From Nitrospirota bacterium (GTDB lineage Bacteria > Nitrospirota > UBA9217): a DNA stretch of 64,000 nucleotides. Of this stretch, positions 19,158 to 28,231 are shown piece by piece. The translations under genes and the position numbers were made by a program. Numbering within the stretch: position 1 is the first letter of the stretch; each line of letters begins with the position of its first letter. The notes below the pieces were generated by a model. That model was not told the DNA's origin and did no database searches. It saw only the letters and a list, made by a program, of their open reading frames with translations. Where the stretch lies: positions 44,569-108,568 of the forward strand of contig JAOUEV010000007.1 in the NCBI GenBank assembly GCA_029858565.1, in the 5' to 3' direction.

Positions 19158-21039
19158 GCGGCTCGAGAATATTGCCGAACTCGCTGCCCTGCGCGAGCGG
19201 CTCAAAAAGGAACGCAAGGAGAGCGACGCCCACCGCGTGCGCGTCTGCTGCGGAACCGCCTGCCAGGCAACGGGAGCGAACAAGCTGGTCAGCAAGTTCG
19301 AGGACGAGGCGGCGAAAAAGGGCGTGAAGCTCGAGATCGTGAAGACCGGGTGCCAGGGGTTCTGCCAGCGCGGCCCGGTCATGATCCAGGAGCCCCAGGA
19401 GATCTTCTACCAGAAGGTGAAGGTCGACGACATCCCGAACCTGTTCTCCACTTCGCTGCTCCACGGCCAGCCCTACCGCAAACAGCTCTACCGTGAATTC
19501 CCGCTCTCGGAGCCCAATGCCGAGATGCAGGACATTCCTTTTTACAAGAAACAGAAGCGCGTAGCGCTCCACCGGAACGGGTTCGTGGACCCCTGCAACA
19601 TCTACGACGCCATCCGCGAGGACGGCTATGCCGCTCTGGCCAAGTGCCTGACCGACTACAAGCCTGATGAAGTGATCGATATCGTGAAAAAATCAGGTCT
19701 CCGCGGCCGCGGAGGCGCGGGCTTTCCCGCCGGTCTCAAATGGGAACATACCAAGAAGTCCGGCGCGAAGATCAAGGCCGTGGTCTGCAACGGCGACGAA
19801 GGCGACCCGGGCGCGTTCATGGACCGCGCGCTCATGGAAGGCGATCCCCATTCGGTGCTGGAAGGCATGATCATCAACGCCTATGCCATCGGCGCGCAGC
19901 ACGGCTACATCTATGTGCGTCATGAGTACCCCCTGGCCGTGAAGAACCTGGGCATTGCCATCAAGCAGGCCGAGGCAATGGGGCTTCTGGGCAAGAATAT
20001 TCTCGGCAGCGGTCTCGACTTTTCCATGGAGATCAAGGAAGGCGCCGGCGCATTCGTCTGCGGTGAATCGACTGCGCTTGTCGCATCCATCGAGGGCGAG
20101 CGCGGCATGCCGCGGCCCCGTCCGCCCAGGCTTTCGGAAGCTGCCGGCGGCCTCTGGAACATGCCCACGAACCTGAACAACGTCGAGACCTTTGCGAACG
20201 TCCCGACGATCATCGTGAAGGGCCTCGATTACTTTACCAAGATCGGCACGGAAAAATCCACGGGCACCAAGGTCTTCGCCCTGACCGGAAAGATCAAGAA
20301 CACGGGCCTCATCGAGGTCCCCATGGGCATCACGCTCCGGGAGATCATCTTCGATATCGGCGGCGGCATGCTGAACCCGGACAAGCAGTTCAAAGCGGTC
20401 CAGACCGGCGGCCCGTCAGGCGGCTGCATTCCTGCCCAGTTCCTCGACATGAAGGTGGACTTTGACACCCTTGCCGGCGTCGGCTCCATGATGGGTTCCG
20501 GCGGCATGGTGGTCCTGGACGAGGACGACTGCATGGTGGACGTGGCCAAGTTCTTCCTGTCCTTCACCAAGAGCGAGTCCTGCGGCAAATGCCCGCCCTG
20601 CCGCATCGGCACCTGGCAGATGTACGAGATGCTGGAAAAGATCACGACCGGCAAGGGCGAGAAGGGCGATATCGAGAAGCTCGAGAAGATGGGCAAGATG
20701 ATCGTCGCGGGCTCGCTCTGCGGCCTCGGGAACAGCGCGCCGAATCCCGTGCTCTCGACCATCCGCTATTTCCGCGAGGAGTACGAGGAGCACGTGAACG
20801 ACAAGTACTGCCGCGCCAAGCGGTGCCAGGGCTTGGGGACCTTCCGCATCCTGCCGGAGCATTGCATCCTCTGCGGCCTCTGCAAGCAGGCCTGCGCCTT
20901 CGACGCGGTCTCGGAACTCAGGGACAAGTACTTCATTGACCAGGACTACTGCACCTCGTGCAAGGCCTGCTACAGCGTCTGCCCCACGGAGGCGATCGTG
21001 ATCGAGAAGGGAGGGGCCCATGTCGCAGCTCGAAAGTAA
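19141..21039 (+). CDS. NuoF/HydB-like FMN/NAD(H)-binding subunit with N-terminal 2Fe-2S and C-terminal 2x[4Fe-4S]
   Basis: GLRGRGGAGFP, NGDEGDPGAFMDR, GAGAFVCGEST, GGPSGGC, ESCGKCPPCR, CILCGLC..C and CTSCKAC..CP. Confidence 0.95.
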   Translation: MELTFKRLENIAELAALRERLKKERKESDAHRVRVCCGTACQATGANKLVSKFEDEAAKKGVKLEIVKTGCQGFCQRGPVMIQEPQEIFYQKVKVDDIPNLFSTSLLHGQPYRKQLYREFPLSEPNAEMQDIPFYKKQKRVALHRNGFVDPCNIYDAIREDGYAALAKCLTDYKPDEVIDIVKKSGLRGRGGAGFPAGLKWEHTKKSGAKIKAVVCNGDEGDPGAFMDRALMEGDPHSVLEGMIINAYAIGAQHGYIYVRHEYPLAVKNLGIAIKQAEAMGLLGKNILGSGLDFSMEIKEGAGAFVCGESTALVASIEGERGMPRPRPPRLSEAAGGLWNMPTNLNNVETFANVPTIIVKGLDYFTKIGTEKSTGTKVFALTGKIKNTGLIEVPMGITLREIIFDIGGGMLNPDKQFKAVQTGGPSGGCIPAQFLDMKVDFDTLAGVGSMMGSGGMVVLDEDDCMVDVAKFFLSFTKSESCGKCPPCRIGTWQMYEMLEKITTGKGEKGDIEKLEKMGKMIVAGSLCGLGNSAPNPVLSTIRYFREEYEEHVNDKYCRAKRCQGLGTFRILPEHCILCGLCKQACAFDAVSELRDKYFIDQDYCTSCKACYSVCPTEAIVIEKGGAHVAARK

Positions 21040-21631
21040 GTGCCCCCTGACGGCAACGAAGCTGAAACTGGAGTTCTTCTACAACGATGACTCCAAGGAC
21101 GGCATGTGCTCCAAGTGCCATCCCTGCAAGCTCGGCATCTATGACGCCGTCAAGATCCTTGACGCGATCCAGGCGGGGAAGGGCCTCGATATCTATCCCG
21201 CCTTGCTCATGCGCATTGCCGTGGACGTGAAGGACGGCGGCATGTGCAAGAAGGGCAAGGACCGCGCGGACCTTCTCGCGGCCTTTTTAAAGGATTTCTC
21301 GGACGACCTGCAGCGCCACATCAAAGGCGTCTGCACCCATCAGGTCTGCACGCGGTTGATCAGCTATGAGATCGATCCCGCGAAATGCACCATGTGCGAC
21401 AAGTGCCGGGTCGTGTGCAAGGATTTCGCGATCGAAGGCCAGAAAGCGGTCTCGGGCAAGCTTGGATTCACGCCCTACCGGATCCGGCAGAAGCGCTGCA
21501 CCCACTGCGGGGAGTGCATCAAGGTTTGCCCCGAGGGCGCGGTGATCATTACCGAGGCTGCATTGGCAGGTGAGGAAAAGCCTGCCGCGTTGGTGAAGCA
21601 CACCGTGGGCACCTGCCCGCTGCATTATTAG
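21020..21631 (+). CDS. Fe-S protein: NuoF C-terminal 4Fe-4S domain plus 2x[4Fe-4S] ferredoxin
   Basis: CSKCHPC..MCKKG, CTMCDKC..C, CTHCGEC..CP. Confidence 0.85.
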   Translation: MSQLESKCPLTATKLKLEFFYNDDSKDGMCSKCHPCKLGIYDAVKILDAIQAGKGLDIYPALLMRIAVDVKDGGMCKKGKDRADLLAAFLKDFSDDLQRHIKGVCTHQVCTRLISYEIDPAKCTMCDKCRVVCKDFAIEGQKAVSGKLGFTPYRIRQKRCTHCGECIKVCPEGAVIITEAALAGEEKPAALVKHTVGTCPLHY

Positions 21632-21667
21632 TAGTACAGCAAGACCAAAAAGCGAGAACATTATTCC

Positions 21668-21739
21668 CGCACGAAGACACGAAGTAAGGAAAAGCACAAG
21701 ACAATGCAGATTTTCTTCGTGGATCCGTGGCTTCGTGCG
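21668..21739. repeat. Intergenic palindromic element built from CACGAAG units
   Basis: CGCACGAAGACACGAAG ... CTTCGTGGATCCGTGGCTTCGTGCG form an imperfect inverted repeat. Confidence 0.6.
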
Positions 21740-21804
21740 AGACAGGCAGTTTGTTGTTTATGGTTTTTAGTTAATGAATTGAACCTGAATTGCTGGAGGA
21801 TGCT

Positions 21805-23967
21805 ATGACGACCAAGATGGTGAACATGGAGATCGACGGGAAGGCCGTGCAGGTCCCCGAAGGCATGACCCTGGTGGACGCGGCGCAGACCGTGGGGATC
21901 CACATCCCGAACCTTTGCCATATCAAGGAACTTCGCGGTGTCGGCGCCTGCCGTATGTGCATGGTCGAGGTCGAGGGCCTGAAGACCCCGGTGACCGGTT
22001 GCACGACCCGCACCAAGGAAGGCATGAAGGTGCAGACCAAGACCCCGAAGGTCGAGGAGATCCGGAAGTTCGTGACCGATCTGGTCCTTTCCTTCCATCC
22101 TCTGGACTGCATGACCTGCCCCAAGGCGGGAGGCTGCGACCTTCAGCGGTATGCCGCTGACCTCAAGATCCAGGAGTCGTCCTTCGGCCGGAAAAGCTTC
22201 AACTATCCGCTCAACGACCGGAGCCCCTTCATCACCATCGACAACAACTACTGCATCCTTTGCGGACGCTGCGTCCGGGTCTGCAAGGAACAGGGCACGA
22301 ACGTTCTGGACTTCATGGGCCGCGGCATCACGACCAAGGTCTCGACCGCCCTGGACAAGCCGCTGCACGAGTCAGGCTGCACCTTCTGCGGCTCCTGCGT
22401 CGACGCCTGCCCGGTGAACACGATCATGGAGCGCGACCGGTGGCAGCACGGCCGTGAGTGGGACATGGAAAAGGCGGACTCGGTCTGCACGGCCTGCGGC
22501 TCCGGCTGCGCTACCATCGTCTCGAAGAAGAACGGCAAGATCGTGAAGGTCAATGCCAAGGAAGATACGGGCTATCTTTGCGCCATCGGACGCTTTGGTT
22601 TTGATGCGCTCACCGCTGCGAACCGCGTGACCTCGCCGATGATCCGGAAGGGCGGCAAGCTCAGCCCCGCGACCTGGGAAGAGGCGCTCAAGGTTGCTGC
22701 CGACGGCCTCAAGAAGGCAGGCGCAAACGCCGGATTCATCGCGTCCGGATCGCTCACGACGGAAGAAGCTTATGCGGTCCAGTCCCTGGCCCGCGATGTG
22801 GTGGGAAGCGCCAATGTGGATTCCACGGTCTCGGCCTATGCCGCAGGCCTGATCTCGGCGATCAGGACCATGTACGGCGACAACGGCACGGCGATGCTGT
22901 CCCAGGCCGATCTCCATTCCGCTGATTGCGTCGTCATGATCGGCGCTGATCCGTCGCAGAAGAAGCAGAAGCTCCAGGAAGCCGACGTGATGATCCGTCG
23001 CCGTGCACAGGCAGGCGCCAAGGTGATCGTGGTGAGCACCGAGAAAACGGACCTTGCAAATCATCAGAACGCGATCCTGCTGCAGGTGAAAGCGGGAGCC
23101 GACGCGGCGCTGCTGGCTGGTCTCATGAGCGCGGCTCTTGCCGAAGGCGCCCAGGCAACAGCAAAAGGGCTTGATGGTCTGAAAAAATCGCTGGTATCGG
23201 CCGACGAGGCAGCATCGACCTCCGGCGTCGCAGTTGAGCAGATCGCTGCAGCGGCCAAGGCATTTGCCGCTGCCAAGAACCCGGTTGTCGTGATCGGCAC
23301 CGGCGTGAGCATGAACGAGGATGCCTCGCTTCAGGCGTTGAACCTGGCGGCGATGAAGAACGCCGGTGTCATGGCGCTCCTGCTTGAAGCGAACGGCCTC
23401 GGCGTGGTATCTGCAGGATGTTTGTCTGACCTCGGCGCCGGATTCACCAAGATCAAGAAGGCTGGCAAGGGCTACAGCGAGATGAAGTCCGGCATGAAGG
23501 CTCTCTATCTCGCCGGAAATATGCCTGAGGTGAATTTTAAGTCGGACTTCATGGTCGTCCAGACCAGCCATATAACCGCTCTGGCGGAAAAAGCCGATGT
23601 GGTGCTTCCGATGACCGCGCTGTACGAGCGCGCGGGAAGCATCGTTGATATGTATGGAAAGCAGAAATCCTTTGCAGCCGCGCAGGACGCGGCAGGGGTT
23701 GCCAAGGACGGAGCGGACATCGCTGCCGAGCTTTCGCTTGTGATCAGCAAGACCAAGGGCTTCAAAGTGAAGGATGTTGCCGCCGCTATCAAGAAGTTCA
23801 AGGCAGGCAAGCTTGCTGAAGCGTCATTCAAGCCGGTGAGTGCGAAGGCAGGGAAGTCGGCCGCGCTCTCCGCATCGGAACTGCTCGCGGGAATGAACAA
23901 GGGCATGCTCGCCAATTCCGCGGTGGCCAAGGTGGCTGCGCCGCAGGGAGCGCCGGTTTCGAAGTAA
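21805..23967 (+). CDS. NuoG/FdhA-like polyferredoxin subunit (molybdopterin-oxidoreductase fold, apparently without Mo ligand)
   Basis: LCH..GACRMC (2Fe-2S), HPLDCMTC, CILCGRCVRVC, CTFCGSCVDAC, CTACGSGC..LC; no Cys/Sec-His at the FDH site (NVDSTVSAY); no H-cluster motifs. Confidence 0.88.
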   Translation: MTTKMVNMEIDGKAVQVPEGMTLVDAAQTVGIHIPNLCHIKELRGVGACRMCMVEVEGLKTPVTGCTTRTKEGMKVQTKTPKVEEIRKFVTDLVLSFHPLDCMTCPKAGGCDLQRYAADLKIQESSFGRKSFNYPLNDRSPFITIDNNYCILCGRCVRVCKEQGTNVLDFMGRGITTKVSTALDKPLHESGCTFCGSCVDACPVNTIMERDRWQHGREWDMEKADSVCTACGSGCATIVSKKNGKIVKVNAKEDTGYLCAIGRFGFDALTAANRVTSPMIRKGGKLSPATWEEALKVAADGLKKAGANAGFIASGSLTTEEAYAVQSLARDVVGSANVDSTVSAYAAGLISAIRTMYGDNGTAMLSQADLHSADCVVMIGADPSQKKQKLQEADVMIRRRAQAGAKVIVVSTEKTDLANHQNAILLQVKAGADAALLAGLMSAALAEGAQATAKGLDGLKKSLVSADEAASTSGVAVEQIAAAAKAFAAAKNPVVVIGTGVSMNEDASLQALNLAAMKNAGVMALLLEANGLGVVSAGCLSDLGAGFTKIKKAGKGYSEMKSGMKALYLAGNMPEVNFKSDFMVVQTSHITALAEKADVVLPMTALYERAGSIVDMYGKQKSFAAAQDAAGVAKDGADIAAELSLVISKTKGFKVKDVAAAIKKFKAGKLAEASFKPVSAKAGKSAALSASELLAGMNKGMLANSAVAKVAAPQGAPVSK

Positions 23968-24088
23968 CACGACAGCGTGTCCTGTACACTTTTTGCTCCG
24001 GCAGGTCATTGCCGGTTGAGATACATCTTCAGGTGGTAACACGCGGGGGCGTCAGTCTCCCGGTAAGGAAAGGAGCTTTGGTACGATC

Positions 24089-26071
24089 ATGAGAGAAGAC
24101 CAGAAATCCGTTGACCCGGCAGCGCAGGTAATGCTGAAAGTGGCCGGCTTGAAAAAAATCGAAACATCCTTCGAACGCGCGGAGAGGCTCAAACCCTGTC
24201 CGATCGGACATCAGGGCGCATGCTGTAAAATGTGCCACATGGGCCCCTGCCGTCTTGTGGGCAAGGAAGAAGAGGCCGAGGGCGTGTGCGGAGCAACCCT
24301 GCCGGTCGTGACAGCGCGGAACTTCGCGCGAATGGTTGCCGCGGGCACTGCTGCCCATTCTGACCATGCCCGCGACCTGGCGAACACGCTGCTCGCCGTG
24401 GGCCGCGGCGAGGCCAAGGACTTCCAGGTCAAGGACGTGCGCAAGCTGAACCGCGTTGCCGGCTACCTCGGCATCAATGTCGAGGGAAAAGCGGTCAACA
24501 AGGTGGCCGAGGAGGTGGCGCTCAAATTCCTGGAGCAGTTCGGCCAGCAGCGGGGCACGCTTGCCTATCTCGGACGGGCGCCCAAGAAACGGCAGGAGAT
24601 CTGGAAAAAGCTGGGGCTCGCACCGCGGGCAATTGACCGCGAGTGCGTTGAGATGCTGCACCGCACGACCATGGGTGTGGACCAGGAGATGGAGAATATC
24701 ATGCTCGGCGCCATGCGCGCGGCCCTGGCAGACGGCTGGGGCGGTTCCATGATGGGCACGGACATTTCCGACATCCTCTTCGGCACCCCGAAGCCGGTCC
24801 GGTCCAATGCCAGCCTTGACGTGTTCATGGAAGATCATGTGAACCTGGTGGTGCACGGCCATGAACCTTCCTTTGCCGAGATGCTCGTCATCGCATCAGA
24901 GGACCCGGAGATCGAGGCATACGCCAAGTCCAAGGGCGCCAAGGGCGTGAAGCTCGTGGGCATGTGCTGCACTGCGAACGAGATCCTGATTCGCCACGGC
25001 ATTCCGACGGCGGGAGGGTTCCTGCAGCAGGAACTCGGTATCCTCACGGGTATGGTCGAGGCCATGGTCGTAGACGTCCAGTGCATCATGCCGGCTATCG
25101 GCGAACTGTCAAAGAAGTATCATACCAAGATTGTTACGACCACGAACAAAGGCAAGATGAAGGATGCCATCCACATCGAGTATGACGAGCATCATGCGCT
25201 CGATCTTGCCAAGAAGGTCGTACGTCTTGCCATCGACAATTTCCCGAACCGGAAAAAGGATATGGTGTCGCCCCCTCATATCAAGCCTGCTGACATGATC
25301 GCCGGTTTCTCGCATGAATATATCGAATACATGCAGGGCGGTCTCTATCGCGGGTCCTTCCGGCCGCTGAACGACGCGATCATCGCCGGCCGTGTGCGCG
25401 GCATTGTGGGGCTGGCAGGCTGCAACAACCCCAGGATCAGCCAGGACAGTATGCACAACTTCCTGACGCGGGAACTGATCAAGAACGATGTGCTGGTGGT
25501 CCAGACGGGCTGCTCTGCCATGGCTTCCGCCAAGGCCGGGTACATGACACCGGAGAACGCCATGGAGAATGCCGGCAAGGGTCTACGCGAGGTCTGTGAA
25601 GCCATCGGTATCCCGCCGGTGCTCCACATGGGCTCCTGCGTGGACAATTCGCGCATTCTGACCGTGGCTTCCGCCATTGCCGAGGAAGGCGGTCTCGGAG
25701 ACGATATCGGCGGTCTTCCGGCTGTGGGTATAGCTCCGGAGTGGATGAGCGAAAAGGCAATCGCCATCGGCACCTACTTCGTGGCATCCGGTGTTCCGAT
25801 CATCTTCGGCGCGGGTTCACCGGTCAGCGCCAGCAAATCGATGAAGGACCTGATGGAAAATAAGTGGTGGGACCTGGTGAACGCGGGCTTCTACTTTGAA
25901 GAGGACCCGGGAAAGATCCTGGAACTGGCACTTAAAATGATCGATGCGGCTCGTGAGAAGCTCAAGATCAGGAAATACGAGCCCGGTCGATTCGGCACTG
26001 AGCGCGTACTGATGGATATGGCGGCGCGGCGCGCGGCCTCATTTGCCACGCCTCACGGTGAAGTCGTGTAG
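24089..26071 (+). CDS. cooS: Anaerobic Ni-Fe carbon monoxide dehydrogenase catalytic subunit
   Basis: CPIG..CCKMCHMGPC (D/B clusters); AAHSDHAR; C-cluster ligands in HGH, GMCC, VQC, GCNN, TGC and GSCVD; EKA. Confidence 0.97.
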   Translation: MREDQKSVDPAAQVMLKVAGLKKIETSFERAERLKPCPIGHQGACCKMCHMGPCRLVGKEEEAEGVCGATLPVVTARNFARMVAAGTAAHSDHARDLANTLLAVGRGEAKDFQVKDVRKLNRVAGYLGINVEGKAVNKVAEEVALKFLEQFGQQRGTLAYLGRAPKKRQEIWKKLGLAPRAIDRECVEMLHRTTMGVDQEMENIMLGAMRAALADGWGGSMMGTDISDILFGTPKPVRSNASLDVFMEDHVNLVVHGHEPSFAEMLVIASEDPEIEAYAKSKGAKGVKLVGMCCTANEILIRHGIPTAGGFLQQELGILTGMVEAMVVDVQCIMPAIGELSKKYHTKIVTTTNKGKMKDAIHIEYDEHHALDLAKKVVRLAIDNFPNRKKDMVSPPHIKPADMIAGFSHEYIEYMQGGLYRGSFRPLNDAIIAGRVRGIVGLAGCNNPRISQDSMHNFLTRELIKNDVLVVQTGCSAMASAKAGYMTPENAMENAGKGLREVCEAIGIPPVLHMGSCVDNSRILTVASAIAEEGGLGDDIGGLPAVGIAPEWMSEKAIAIGTYFVASGVPIIFGAGSPVSASKSMKDLMENKWWDLVNAGFYFEEDPGKILELALKMIDAAREKLKIRKYEPGRFGTERVLMDMAARRAASFATPHGEVV

Positions 26072-26103
26072 TCTGATAAAATATCTCAGGTAGTTTAGGT
26101 GCT

Positions 26104-26137
26104 AAGGCCGGAGGGAGATTCCCTCCGGCCTTTTTTT
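26104..26137 (+). terminator. Rho-independent terminator after cooS
   Basis: AAGGCCGGAGGGA-gat-TCCCTCCGGCCTT followed by a T-run. Confidence 0.9.
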
Positions 26138-26322
26138 CACTGCTCCCTGGAATCTGTGGGGGCTGTCGGAGCGGTAACAGCTTATTGCCTGTACGGGAAG
26201 TGTTTTCTCGGAGTTCTCGCCCGCATTCGCCGGTTTTATTACCGTATATGTTGTGGTTTTCACTCTTCACGTCCACAAGATGCGGTATCTTGTTGATAAA
26301 TTTCAAATAAATTATAATTATC

Positions 26323-26368
26323 TTGACAACCGAATTGTTTTAAGTATCATAGTAACTATACTTACTAT
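26323..26368 (+). promoter_or_regulatory. sigma70 promoter and palindromic operator upstream of HTH-pilMNOPQ
   Basis: TTGACA(26323)-16 nt-TATCAT(26345); overlapping ATAGTAA-N6-TTACTAT (26349-68). Confidence 0.55.
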
Positions 26369-26402
26369 AACCAGATACACTAGTACGATCGGAGAGGCTG
26401 CG

Positions 26403-26600
26403 ATGGTTAAGCGCAAAAACCCGAAAAAGTATAAGACTAAGGAGATCTGCGATAGATTTGATATCTCCCGTGCAACGCTTTTTCGCTGGGAGAGCGAGGG
26501 ATTGCTTACTGACGTCGAGCGCGACTGGCGCGGCTGGCGGGTGTACGGTGACATGAATCTGCGCGAGATCGAGAAGATCATCAGGAATAAGACCGCGTAA
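26403..26600 (+). CDS. Small MerR/BldC-like helix-turn-helix protein
   Basis: YKTKEICDRFDISRATLFRWESEGLL..RDWRGWRVY; GGAGAGG RBS. Confidence 0.85.
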   Translation: MVKRKNPKKYKTKEICDRFDISRATLFRWESEGLLTDVERDWRGWRVYGDMNLREIEKIIRNKTA

Positions 26601-26633
26601 CGACCGGAGAACGATTCCCCACAGGGAGACCGC

Positions 26634-27686
26634 ATGCTGTTCGGAAAAAAAATAGAACCAATCGCCCTTGATATCGGATCAACGCTGATCAAGCTTGTGC
26701 AGCTCAAGGGGACCGGCAAGAGCTTCAGTCTGAGCAAGTTCGGGATGATCCCGCTTCCCCCCGAGGTGATCGTGGAAGGTGCGGTGATGGACGCGAACCG
26801 CGTTTCCGAAGCGATCAAGGAGCTTATCGCCGCCCAGAAGATCAAGACCAAGGAGGTCGTACTCTCCGTATCGGGAAGTTCGGTGATCATCAAACGTGTT
26901 TCCATCGCCGACATGACCGATGAGGAGCTCAGCGAGTCCATTAAATGGGAAGCGGAGCAGTATATTCCCTTTTCCATCGATGATGTGAACGTCGATTTCC
27001 AGAAACTTGGTCCCGGAGCCGCTGAAGGGCAGGCGGACATCCTCCTGGTCGCCGTCAAGAAGGACAAAATCAATGATTATGTGAACCTGGTGAAGGACGC
27101 TGGGCTTGAGCCGGTTGTCGTGGACGTGGACGCGTTCGCGCTTGCCAATATGTACGAGATGAACTATGAGGTGGAAGGCGGCATCACGGCGCTGTTGAAC
27201 ATCGGGGCCTCGGTGATGAACATCAATGTGCTGAAGGACGGCGGATCCATCTTTACCCGAGACATCACTGTCGGCGGCAACCGGTATATCGAAGCGCTGC
27301 AGCGGGACGCCGGATTGACCTATGAGGACGCCGAAAAGGTGAAACGCGGCGAGCCGGTCGACGGGGGAGATAAGGACCAGCTGACCGGGATCGTTTCGAC
27401 GGTCACCGAGGATATCGTCGGCGAGATCCAGCGCTCATTCGATTTCTTCCGGTCCACGACCGGGAGCGAGGCGGTAAGCAGAGTCCTGATATGCGGCGGG
27501 TGCGCCAAGATACCCGAGTTCAGCAAGACCTTGTCCAGCCGGCTGGAAATCCCGGTGGACGTCATCAATCCGTTCAAGAACATCAAAGTCGATCCGAAGC
27601 ACTTTGACGCCGGTTTTATCAGTGAGTCGGCTCCTCTGGCGGCTATAGCAGTAGGTCTTGCGATGAGGAGGCCAGGCGATCGATGA
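26634..27686 (+). CDS. pilM: Type IV pilus assembly protein PilM
   Basis: LDIGS, EAEQYIPF, VDVDAFAL, NIGA, GG..AK, AVGLA; actin-like; first gene of pilMNOPQ. Confidence 0.95.
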   Translation: MLFGKKIEPIALDIGSTLIKLVQLKGTGKSFSLSKFGMIPLPPEVIVEGAVMDANRVSEAIKELIAAQKIKTKEVVLSVSGSSVIIKRVSIADMTDEELSESIKWEAEQYIPFSIDDVNVDFQKLGPGAAEGQADILLVAVKKDKINDYVNLVKDAGLEPVVVDVDAFALANMYEMNYEVEGGITALLNIGASVMNINVLKDGGSIFTRDITVGGNRYIEALQRDAGLTYEDAEKVKRGEPVDGGDKDQLTGIVSTVTEDIVGEIQRSFDFFRSTTGSEAVSRVLICGGCAKIPEFSKTLSSRLEIPVDVINPFKNIKVDPKHFDAGFISESAPLAAIAVGLAMRRPGDR

Positions 27687-28231
27687 TTAAGATCAACTTA
27701 TTGCCGACAAAGCGCAAGCCCTCGCGCAAGATAACCGATCTGCAGAAACAGGCGGTGCTCGGCGGCCTGATCCTGGGCGGCGTCATCACCGGCATGGTTC
27801 TCTACACGGCAAGCTTGAACCAGAAGATCGCACAGCGCCAGCAGAAACGCGATGCCACCAAGACGAAAATCGCGCAGCAGGAGACCATGCTGAAAGAGGT
27901 CAAGAACGTCGAAGACGAGGAAAAGAAGGTCACGGAAAAGATCAACGTCATCGAACAGCTCAAGAAGAACCAGCAGGGGCCGGTACGGATGCTCGATGAG
28001 ATCAGCAGGGCCGTTCCGACCGGCATTGGAATAACCTCAATCACGGAAGCCGCCGGCAGGATCAATATCAACGGCGATGCCTTTACGAATGAGGACATTG
28101 TGAAGTTCGTGGAGAACCTGAAGGCTTCACCATTTTTTCAGGAAATCTATCTTCTGGAGTCAATGCTTGCGAAAGAGAAGGAAACGGAGATCTACCGTTT
28201 CAAGCTCCAGATGAAGTACAAGGGGGTCTGA
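27683..28231 (+). CDS. pilN: Type IV pilus assembly protein PilN
   Basis: MIKINLLP N-terminus, TM helix, coiled coil; synteny. Confidence 0.93.
   Translation: MIKINLLPTKRKPSRKITDLQKQAVLGGLILGGVITGMVLYTASLNQKIAQRQQKRDATKTKIAQQETMLKEVKNVEDEEKKVTEKINVIEQLKKNQQGPVRMLDEISRAVPTGIGITSITEAAGRININGDAFTNEDIVKFVENLKASPFFQEIYLLESMLAKEKETEIYRFKLQMKYKGV

Noticed and set aside
21805-23967. Formate dehydrogenase, selenoprotein or [FeFe]-hydrogenase call
   Set aside because: No catalytic Cys/Sec-His, no in-frame TGA and no H-cluster motifs.
18669-23967. Respiratory complex I (nuo) operon
   Set aside because: No nuoA-D or nuoH-N genes; NuoF has the extended HydB-type architecture and the operon ends in cooS.
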